Origin: an uncultured Actinomycetes bacterium
Lineage (GTDB): Bacteria > Actinomycetota > UBA4738 > JBBDTT01
DNA: 64,000 nt
NCBI GenBank assembly: GCA_963742735.1
Contig: CAVUMN010000003.1
Span: forward strand, 64,001 to 128,000
Direction of reading: 5' to 3'
Shown: piece after piece, positions 56,660 through 64,000 of the stretch
Position numbering within the stretch: position 1 is the stretch's first letter
Layout: every line of letters begins with the position of its first letter
The notes under the pieces: model-generated
Told to the model about the DNA's origin: nothing
The model's input: only the letters and a program-made list of their open reading frames with translations
Database searches by the model: none
Program-made: the position numbers and the translations under genes

Positions 56660-57315
56660 GAGCTTGATCCTTCCCGCAAGGTTCGCTCCGCGAACGCCCC
56701 GACGAGCGCCGCCGCCTCCCGCTCGCGCCTCCAGAAGAAGTGGTTCGTCCCCTCGACCACCGTGACCTCGGCCCGGGGGATGCGCCCGGCCAGCACGTAG
56801 GCGTCGGGAACCGGCGCGAACGTGTCCCCGTCCCCGACCACGATCAGGGCGGGGATCGCCAGGCTCGCCAGCTCCTCCGGCTCGGGGAGGCGGATGAGCC
56901 GCTCCGAGGCCTCGCCGAGGGGGATGGCCACCAGGGCGAGCGCCCCGACCCGGTCGTCGTCGAGTGCCTCCCGCAGGGCGATGTTCGCGCCGAACGACCA
57001 GCCGGCCACGAAGGCAGGCCCGTCGGCCGTCTCCCGCACCCGGGAGATCGCCGCCCGGACGTCCTCGACCTCGAGCACTCCGCCGGTGTGGCTCCCCTCC
57101 GAACCCATCACCCCTCGGAAGTTGAACCCCAGGACCGCCAGGCCCCGGCGTGACAGATCGGCGCGGATCGCCCACAACAGCGGGTGGTCCTTGCTTCCCC
57201 CGTGCTCGGGATGCGGGTGACAGATGACCGCCGACCCCCAGGCCGGGTCGTCGGGGAGGCGCAGCTCCCCCTCGAGCAGCACATGGTCCGAGGTCTCGAA
57301 GCGGACGGCCTCCAC
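56656..57315 (-). CDS. alpha/beta hydrolase
   Basis: CHPHPEHGGS, FNFRG, GWSFG, NHFF. Confidence 0.88.
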   Translation of the reverse strand: MEAVRFETSDHVLLEGELRLPDDPAWGSAVICHPHPEHGGSKDHPLLWAIRADLSRRGLAVLGFNFRGVMGSEGSHTGGVLEVEDVRAAISRVRETADGPAFVAGWSFGANIALREALDDDRVGALALVAIPLGEASERLIRLPEPEELASLAIPALIVVGDGDTFAPVPDAYVLAGRIPRAEVTVVEGTNHFFWRREREAAALVGAFAERTLREGSSS

Positions 57316-57337
57316 GCCGTGGGACGATGGCAGCGAG

Positions 57338-58204
57338 ATGGCCACCCGGCAAGTGAGACTGGCCGTCGCCCTGCGGGAGCCCTTGCCGTGGCCCGAGCTG
57401 GTCGGCCTGGCGCAGGCCGCGGAGGACGCCGGCTTCGAGGCCGTGTTCGTGCCGGAGGTCGGCCACCGAGATCCGTTCGCGATGCTCGCCGGGTTCGCGG
57501 GGGCGACCGAGCGGCTCACCCTGGCCACCGGCGTGGCGTCGATGGAGTGGCGCGCGCCGCAGGCGATGGCCCTCGGGGCCGTCACCGTGCACGAGCTCTC
57601 CGCTCGCCGTCACCTCCTGGGCCTCGGCGCGGGGTTTCAGGACCTACGGACGTTCCGGGCGTACGCGGCCGAGGTGCGCGCCGCCCTCGCCGGCGCGTCG
57701 ATCGTCGACGGGCCGATGCCGATCTGGTTCGCGGCGCTCGGGGACCGCGCCGTCGAGGCGGCGGCGACGGACGCCGACGGGGTCCTGCTGAACTGGTGCA
57801 CGCCGGAGCGCGTGGCGGCGGCCGCCGAGGTGGTTCGCTCGGTGCGCGAGGGGGACCGCCCGTTCGAGATCGGGGTCTACCTGCGGTGCTGCCTGACGGG
57901 GGTCAGGGACGATGCTCCCCTGGAGGCCCTGCGCCAGGTGACCTCCGTCTACGCGGCCATGCCCCACTACCGGCGCCAGTTCGAGGCGTGGGGGTTCGCG
58001 GGGGAGCTGGATCCGGTGTCGGACCGGGTAGTCGACGCGATCTGCGTCCGGGGCGGCACCGAGGACTTCAGGGCCCGCGCGGAGGAGCTCGCGGAGGCGG
58101 GGGCGGACGTCATCGTGGTGTATCCGGTGCCCGCCCACGAGGTGGTCTCGTCGATGCTCGCGACGATCCTCGCCGCCGCGCCCGCGTCAGGCCCGAACCC
58201 CTGA
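57338..58204 (+). CDS. LLM class flavin/F420-dependent oxidoreductase
   Basis: AEDAGFEAVFVPE, LTLATGV, LGLG, ADGVLLN. Confidence 0.85.
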   Translation: MATRQVRLAVALREPLPWPELVGLAQAAEDAGFEAVFVPEVGHRDPFAMLAGFAGATERLTLATGVASMEWRAPQAMALGAVTVHELSARRHLLGLGAGFQDLRTFRAYAAEVRAALAGASIVDGPMPIWFAALGDRAVEAAATDADGVLLNWCTPERVAAAAEVVRSVREGDRPFEIGVYLRCCLTGVRDDAPLEALRQVTSVYAAMPHYRRQFEAWGFAGELDPVSDRVVDAICVRGGTEDFRARAEELAEAGADVIVVYPVPAHEVVSSMLATILAAAPASGPNP

Positions 58205-58274
58205 GTTGCGAACCCGGTTCGGGGGGGTACACTGCATTTGCACGGGACGCACCGTACTTAGGGGGAAAATCGAG

Positions 58275-58607
58275 ATGACCTACACGATCGCCGAGCCCTG
58301 CATCGACGTGAAGGACCGGGCGTGCGTGGACGAGTGCCCGGTCGACTGTATCTACGAGGGCGGCCGCATGCTCTACATCCACCCCGACGAGTGCGTGGAC
58401 TGCGGCGCGTGCGAGCCGGTGTGCCCCGTCACGGCGATCTTCTACGAGGACGACGTCCCGGGCGAATGGAAGCAGTTCACCCCGATCAACGCCGAGTTCT
58501 TCAACGAGGACGTGTCGGGCCTCGGCTCGCCGGGCGGCGCCGCGCAGGTCGGTGCGCTCGACGTCGACCACGCCACCGTCGCCAACTGGCCGAAGGTGGA
58601 CGTCTAG
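58275..58607 (+). CDS. fdxA: 7Fe ferredoxin
   Basis: MTYTIAEPC..CVDECPVDCI..ECVDCGACEPVCP. Confidence 0.93.
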   Translation: MTYTIAEPCIDVKDRACVDECPVDCIYEGGRMLYIHPDECVDCGACEPVCPVTAIFYEDDVPGEWKQFTPINAEFFNEDVSGLGSPGGAAQVGALDVDHATVANWPKVDV

Positions 58608-58704
58608 CTCCGGAATCAACGCAGCACTCGACGGGCTCGGCCTCGCGCCGGGCCCGTTTCGTTTCCGGATTGATCCGCCCGCGTGGTTCCCGCGAATGTC
58701 GGCC

Positions 58705-59082
58705 ATGATCGCGACCTCGCACAAGACGGCGGCGCTGCTGACCGCGGCGGTGCTGCTCCTCGGAGCCTGCGGCGCCGACGAGACGACTCCCGGCGCCAGC
58801 CCCCAGCCGTCGATCGCCGCCACCGAGATCACGATCAGCGGGCTCGCCTTCAAGCCCGACGCGGTCGACTTGGCGGCCGGAGACGAGGTCACCTGGACCA
58901 ACGAGGAGAGCGTCCGTCACACGGTCACCGCGGGCACGCCGGAGGAGCCCGGCGACGCGTTCGACGAGCCACTGGAGGTGGAGGGCTCGGAATTCGGATT
59001 CACCTTCGAGCAGGCGGGGACCTACCCGTTCTTCTGCCGGAACCACCCCAACGGGATGCGGGGCGAGATCCGGGTTACCTGA
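58705..59082 (+). CDS. plastocyanin/azurin-like copper lipoprotein
   Basis: lipobox LGAC; HTV..CRNH..M type-1 Cu ligands. Confidence 0.88.
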   Translation: MIATSHKTAALLTAAVLLLGACGADETTPGASPQPSIAATEITISGLAFKPDAVDLAAGDEVTWTNEESVRHTVTAGTPEEPGDAFDEPLEVEGSEFGFTFEQAGTYPFFCRNHPNGMRGEIRVT

Positions 59083-59153
59083 GGGCCGTCCGGCCGCTCG
59101 GGAAGTGGGGATCGATCGAGGCGTGCTTCCGCGCGCCCGGAAGGAGTGATCAC

Positions 59154-60374
59154 ATGCGACGGACCAGGACTCGCATCGCCGGCGTGGCGGTGGCGTTCGC
59201 GTTGCTCGGGGCGGCGTGCACGAATACGCCGTCGGACGGAATGACGCACTCGCCGTCCTCGCCGGCGCCGGCCGGGGTCACGACCGACACGGCCGCGGCC
59301 GGGCTGCGCTCGGACCTCAACCGGTTGCTGCAGGAGCACGTGTTCCTGGCGGCGATCGCGTCGAACGAGGCCCTGATCGGGCAGGCGTCCGTGTTCGAGG
59401 CGGCGGCCGCCGCGCTCGACACCAACTCCGACGACATCATCGAGCTGTTCGGCTCCGTCTATCCCGACGCCCGGGCCACGTTCCACGACGCCTGGAAGGG
59501 CCACATCGGGTTCGTCGTGGACTACGTGACCGGTCTGGCGACGGACGACTCGGCCGCGGCCGACCAGGCCGCGGCGGACCTCCAGGGCTACTGGGAGTCG
59601 TTCGGGACGTTCCTCTCCGACACGGTCGAGGGCCTGCCCGACGGGGAGGCCGTGGCCGGTCTGGTCATGGAGCACGTCCTGACCCTCAAGGCCGTCATCG
59701 ACGCGCAGGCCGGCGGGAACGCGACCGACGCGTTCACCGCGCTGCGAGCGGCGGCCGGGCACATGCACGAGATCGGCGACGCCCTCTCCGCGGCGATCGC
59801 CGGCGACAACGGCCTGGAGGGCGACGCGTCGTCGCCGGCGGCCGGGCTTCGCTCGGACCTCAACCGGCTCCTCCAGGAGCACGTCTACCTGGCCGCGTCG
59901 GCCGCGAACGCGGCGCTGTCGGGCCGGATCGCGGAGTTCGAGGCGGCGGCTGCCGCGCTCGACGGGAACTCCGACGACATCATCGGCACGTTCGGCTCGG
60001 TGTACCCGGATGCGGAAGCGACGTTCAACGACGCCTGGAAGGGTCACATCGGTTTCGTCGTCGACTACGTGACCGGCCTGGCGACGGACGACTCGGCCGT
60101 GGCCGACCAGGCCGTGGCGGATCTCCAGGGCTACTGGGAGTCGTTCGGGACCTTCCTCTCCGACACGATCCCGACGCTGCCCGACGGCGGGGTGGTGGCC
60201 GGGCTGGTCATGGAGCACGTGGTCACGTTGAAGACGGTCGTCGACGCGGTGGCTGCGGGAGACCTGGACGCGGTGTTCACGGGCCTTCGCGAGGCCGCGG
60301 CGCACATGCACATGATCGGCGACCCGCTGACCGAGGCGATCGTCATCGATCACCCCGAGGCGTTCTCCGGATAG
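59154..60374 (+). CDS. lipoprotein with two tandem His-rich helical domains
   Basis: lipobox GAAC; LRSDLNRLLQEH...WKGHI...MEHV...HMH repeated. Confidence 0.8.
   Translation: MRRTRTRIAGVAVAFALLGAACTNTPSDGMTHSPSSPAPAGVTTDTAAAGLRSDLNRLLQEHVFLAAIASNEALIGQASVFEAAAAALDTNSDDIIELFGSVYPDARATFHDAWKGHIGFVVDYVTGLATDDSAAADQAAADLQGYWESFGTFLSDTVEGLPDGEAVAGLVMEHVLTLKAVIDAQAGGNATDAFTALRAAAGHMHEIGDALSAAIAGDNGLEGDASSPAAGLRSDLNRLLQEHVYLAASAANAALSGRIAEFEAAAAALDGNSDDIIGTFGSVYPDAEATFNDAWKGHIGFVVDYVTGLATDDSAVADQAVADLQGYWESFGTFLSDTIPTLPDGGVVAGLVMEHVVTLKTVVDAVAAGDLDAVFTGLREAAAHMHMIGDPLTEAIVIDHPEAFSG
59295..60350 (+). repeat. intragenic tandem duplication, period 543 nt
   Basis: units start at 59295 and 59838 with long identical stretches. 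Confidence 0.85.
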
Positions 60375-60392
60375 GGCTCGGGAGGACACGAC

Positions 60393-60420
60393 GGGAGGGC
60401 CGGGTTCGCCCGGCCCTTCC
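60393..60420 (+). terminator. stem-loop
   Basis: GGGAGGGCCGGG-TTCG-CCCGGCCCTTCC. Confidence 0.7.
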
Positions 60421-60472
60421 GGCGTTTCCGGGCTGGTAATCCGTTGGCGATTGGGCTACGAATCAGGGGGCA

Positions 60473-61384
60473 ATGGACGAGTTCGACCTGGATCGGTACC
60501 TCCGAGCTTCGAAGAAGGTCGACCTGACCGGCGTCGAATGGGACCGCGTCAAGCAGACGCCCCTCCCCGCGGCCGAGGCCCGGTGCCTGGCCTACATGAT
60601 GGACATCGAGTCCCACACGGTGATCTACCTGCGGGACCTGCTCATCACGCGGGCCGCGAACGAACCCGACGTCACCGCGTTTCTGTCTTGCTGGGTCTAC
60701 GAGGAGCTGTGGCACGGCGAAGCGTTCAGCCGGTTCCTGGGCGAGGCCGGCTACGAGCTCGCGCCGGACCGCGAGCGGGTGTGGGGCGACGCCCCATTCC
60801 CCAGCCGGGTCGGCCGCAACGGCTGGATCCGCCGGCAGCTCGGCAGGGGCTACACCAGCCACCTGCTGACCATGCTCGGGTCGTCGCTGACGAAGGACTT
60901 CGTCGCGCTGCACATGACGTGGGGGGCCGTCAACGAGCTCTCCACGCTCACCGGCTACCACCGCATGATCGACCGCACCGAGCATCCGGTGCTCTCCCAG
61001 TTGCTGCACCAGATCATCAAGGACGAGCGGCGGCACTTCGCGTTCTACCGGTCGCAGGCCCGCCTCCGGCTCGCCCGGAGCCCTCGGGCCCGGCGCCTGA
61101 CCAGGTGGGCCATGGATCGGCTGTGGGCGCCGGTGGGGACCGGCACGCGCCCCCAGGCGGAGACCGATTTCGTCGTCGAACACCTGTTCTCGGGGCCGGA
61201 TGGTCTTGCCGCGGCCCGCGAGATGGACGCGGTGATCCGCGAGCTCCCCGGCTTCGAGGGCACGCACATGATCGAGGCATCCCGGATGGCGGCCCTCCGC
61301 CGTCGCCGGGCCCTCGCCGGCCCGGTGGCGGACCGCGCGGGAGCCGTCGCCCCGCTCGCCGTTCAGATCCTCGTAACGGCTTGA
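60473..61384 (+). CDS. ferritin-like di-iron protein
   Basis: DIE, EELWH, VNE, DERRH ligand pattern. Confidence 0.82.
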   Translation: MDEFDLDRYLRASKKVDLTGVEWDRVKQTPLPAAEARCLAYMMDIESHTVIYLRDLLITRAANEPDVTAFLSCWVYEELWHGEAFSRFLGEAGYELAPDRERVWGDAPFPSRVGRNGWIRRQLGRGYTSHLLTMLGSSLTKDFVALHMTWGAVNELSTLTGYHRMIDRTEHPVLSQLLHQIIKDERRHFAFYRSQARLRLARSPRARRLTRWAMDRLWAPVGTGTRPQAETDFVVEHLFSGPDGLAAAREMDAVIRELPGFEGTHMIEASRMAALRRRRALAGPVADRAGAVAPLAVQILVTA

Positions 61385-61416
61385 CGAAGGGCCCCGACCG
61401 AAGCACGCTCGGGGCG

Positions 61417-63027
61417 ATGTCCGAGCGAGGCCGCGGCGACGAGCGGATCCCGACCACGATCCTGTTTACCGACATCGTCGACTCGACGATCCGGGCCGGC
61501 GAGCTCGGCGACGAGAAGTGGCGGGAGATCCTGCGCTCCCATCACGCCACGATCCGCCGCGAGCTGAAGCGGTACGGCGGACACGAGGTCGACAACGCCG
61601 GCGACGGGTTTTTCGCGGCGTTCTCCAGCCCCGCCGCGGCCATCCGATGCGCGTGCGCGGTCGTCGATGCCGTCAAGCCGCTGGGGATCGAGGTCCGGGC
61701 CGGGGTCCACGTCGGCGAGTCGCTGCGGATCGGCGACAAGCCGGGAGGCATGGCCGTGCACATCGGCTCGAGGATCGCCGGCAACGCGGGGCCGAGCGAG
61801 GTCGCCGTGTCGGGGACGGTGCGCGACCTCACCACGGGCTCGGGGATCGCGTTCGAGGACCGTGGGATGACCGCCCTCAAGGGCGTCGAGGGCGACTGGC
61901 GTATCTACGCCGTGGCCCGCAAGGGCGAGCTCGCACCGAGGGCGCTCGTGCCCGAGCGTCCTCCGACGGAACGGCGCGGCGGCCGTCCGCGCTGGGCGAT
62001 CCCGGCCGCGCTGGCCGTGGTCGCGGCGCTCATCGTCGCGGGCATCGGCATCACCCGACGTGACGAGGGAGGGGCCGTTGGCGGAGGTCCTTCGCCATCC
62101 GCGTTGCCGTCCGGCGAGCTCGGCCCGCCCTTCGGCAACGGCGTGTACGTGATCGACCCCCAGACGAACTCCATCATCGAGGGCAACTCGACAGTGGCCC
62201 CCGCGAACCCCCTGCTCCCGTACGGCGACTCGGTGTGGGTGGGGAGCGAATCCTTGATCGGCCTCTACTCGGCCCCCCTCGACGAGTACGTGACGCGGTA
62301 CCCGGTCACGTCGACGTTCGGGCGCCCGCCGTCGTTCGCGTTCGCCCGGGGCTCGGTGTGGGCGCTCATCCATCCGATCGGCACCGCGAACGAGCTCTAC
62401 CGGTTGGACCCGGAGGGCCACGGCGAACGTCCCGACCCGGTCGAGACCCTGGACGGCCTTTCGGGGCTGGTCCACACCCGAGGCGAGTTTTACACGGCCA
62501 GTCAGGACCGGATCCTTCGGCTGAACGCGCAGACGGGCGAGGTCACCGATGCCGTCGCGATCCCCGGCGTGAAACCGGTCCAGCTGATCGCCCAGGGACC
62601 CATCCTCTACGCCCTCGATCCGATCAGCGCCGCCATCGAACGGATCGACCTCCGCACCGGTACCCACCGGCCCCTGCCGATCCCGAACGTCCTCGCCATG
62701 GCCTTCGGCGATGGCCGCCTTTGGCTCACCACCTCGGACGGTTCGCTGCTCGGGCTCGATCCCGGGTCGCTCCTCCCCGAGGTCACGAACCCGGCGATCG
62801 GCCCCCGGGCCTTCGCGGTCGCCGTCGGACCCGACTCCCTCTGGATCGGCAGCCGCGAGGGAAAGGTGTTGCGGGTGCCGCTCGACGAGCCCGAGGCGGA
62901 GCCGGTGGTGATCGACCTCGGCATCCGGGTCGAGTCCATCGCCCTGGCGGTCACTCCGCGCGTGGTGTGGCTGGGGGTCGGGTGCGTGAGCAGCGGGTTC
63001 GGCAGCTGTCCGGATACCGGGAACTAG
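61417..63027 (+). CDS. class III nucleotide cyclase with TM and extracellular beta-propeller
   Basis: LFTDIVDST, AGDGF, GMAVHIGSRI, LKGV; TM; blade repeats. Confidence 0.85.
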   Translation: MSERGRGDERIPTTILFTDIVDSTIRAGELGDEKWREILRSHHATIRRELKRYGGHEVDNAGDGFFAAFSSPAAAIRCACAVVDAVKPLGIEVRAGVHVGESLRIGDKPGGMAVHIGSRIAGNAGPSEVAVSGTVRDLTTGSGIAFEDRGMTALKGVEGDWRIYAVARKGELAPRALVPERPPTERRGGRPRWAIPAALAVVAALIVAGIGITRRDEGGAVGGGPSPSALPSGELGPPFGNGVYVIDPQTNSIIEGNSTVAPANPLLPYGDSVWVGSESLIGLYSAPLDEYVTRYPVTSTFGRPPSFAFARGSVWALIHPIGTANELYRLDPEGHGERPDPVETLDGLSGLVHTRGEFYTASQDRILRLNAQTGEVTDAVAIPGVKPVQLIAQGPILYALDPISAAIERIDLRTGTHRPLPIPNVLAMAFGDGRLWLTTSDGSLLGLDPGSLLPEVTNPAIGPRAFAVAVGPDSLWIGSREGKVLRVPLDEPEAEPVVIDLGIRVESIALAVTPRVVWLGVGCVSSGFGSCPDTGN

Positions 63028-63045
63028 CCTCGTCGCGCCGGCGTC

Positions 63046-63999
63046 CTAGCCGGGGACCGCGCCCGGCGCCCGGTGGGACTCGGGAATCTCCGGCTGGGGC
63101 CAGCGGTTCCGCGACTTGATCGCGAGCTTCTCCATCAGCGCCACCGCCGCGGGGTCCTCGGAGCCCGGACGCACCTCCACGATCCTGTCCTTGATCGCGC
63201 GCTCGAAGATGTCGGCGCCGCGCTCCGTGCGAATCACCGTGAGCGTCCACCCGCCCTCCTGGCCCAGGCCGCCGAAGGACACGTCGGCGTGCTCGGCCGC
63301 GAAGTCGGGACAGAGCTTGCAGCCGGGCCGGGTGAACTGGTGGGCCTCCTTGAGCGGGAACACGTGCTCCTCGCCGTCCTTCGTGTAGAAGAGCAGCCGC
63401 CCCTTGACGTTCACGCGGACCAGGTCGTCCAGGTCGATCCCCAGGCGGGTCTGGGCGATCTCCTCCATCACGCCCTCGTACGTGAACGACTTGGAGCACA
63501 GCAGGCCGAACGTCCAGGCGATGCGCTTGCGCCATTTGTTGACGCGGCGCGCTTCCAGGGCGCCGGTGACGCTCGCCTGGCAGGACATCCCGACCAGGGC
63601 CACCTTCGACAGGCCCATCTCCGCCGCCTTGGTCAGCGCGAGCGGGTTCGCCGAGTACGTGTACCGCGAGCCCGCCGTGGCGTAGACCTCCTCGGGCGTG
63701 GTGACCACCGCCGGCTCGGCGTCCCACTTCCGTTCCTCGGAGAGCTTCGAGGTGAGCGCGCCGTCGATCTCTCCGGTGGCCAGGCCCCACACGAGGAGCG
63801 CGGAGATGACGCCGCCGTCCTGGCCGTGGGCGAGGGCCGTCGGGTCGGTGGCGCGGGCCAGGACGATCTCGCGGAACACGCCGATCGGCTCCTCGGCCGT
63901 GCGGAGCCGACCGAACATCAGCTCGTCGATCTCCGGCTCCCACTCCCGGAATCGGGGGCAGGCGCGGGTGCAGATGTCGCAGCCCTTGTCGCCGTGCGT
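63046..63999 (-). CDS. F420 hydrogenase/dehydrogenase beta subunit (FrhB/FdhB-like), 5' end outside window
   Basis: [35 protein letters not shown]. Confidence 0.88.
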   Translation of the reverse strand, partial: THGDKGCDICTRACPRFREWEPEIDELMFGRLRTAEEPIGVFREIVLARATDPTALAHGQDGGVISALLVWGLATGEIDGALTSKLSEERKWDAEPAVVTTPEEVYATAGSRYTYSANPLALTKAAEMGLSKVALVGMSCQASVTGALEARRVNKWRKRIAWTFGLLCSKSFTYEGVMEEIAQTRLGIDLDDLVRVNVKGRLLFYTKDGEEHVFPLKEAHQFTRPGCKLCPDFAAEHADVSFGGLGQEGGWTLTVIRTERGADIFERAIKDRIVEVRPGSEDPAAVALMEKLAIKSRNRWPQPEIPESHRAPGAVPG

Positions 64000-64000
64000 G

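Noticed and set aside
58209-58221. CGAACCCGGTTCG as an SOS box in the fdxA promoter
   Set aside because: Spacer is 3 nt, not 4; it may be another operator or chance
59295-60350. Tandem duplication as an assembly artefact
   Set aside because: The copies differ at many synonymous and non-synonymous sites and stay in frame
1-64000. Many long Arg/Gly/Pro-rich or antisense ORFs in the track (e.g. 24856-27681, 46551-49490, 846-2576)
   Set aside because: Shadow frames of real genes in stop-poor high-GC DNA

Overview
Very GC-rich chromosomal segment, most consistent with a deep-branching actinobacterium (GTTCA-type PHO boxes, Rpf, RegX3/SenX3-like pair, SCO1664/DUF3090 cluster, F420-type enzymes, many leaderless genes). 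It holds about 74 CDSs. I found no rRNA, tRNA, CRISPR array or mobile element. Contents: leuB-cimA-pheA; an ArsR/SRPBCC-clpP divergon; a Pho regulon (phoR, pstSCAB-phoU-phoP, DUF47-pit, phoD nearby); hppD; a SigB/SigF-like stress cluster; rpf; ispH; two nucleotide cyclases; metal-binding lipoproteins; and a partial FrhB-like gene. Most notable: (1) a probable selenoprotein whose in-frame UGA is followed by a SECIS-like hairpin that also covers the next gene's start codon; (2) a circularly permuted PstS; (3) a LexA box, promoter, ~107-nt rod-shaped RNA and uORF ahead of rpf, in place of the usual c-di-AMP riboswitch; (4) a readable PHO-box architecture that puts an unknown Cys-rich small protein in the regulon. 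Four single-base frameshifts look like long-read errors. All calls come from reading the sequence; no searches were run.
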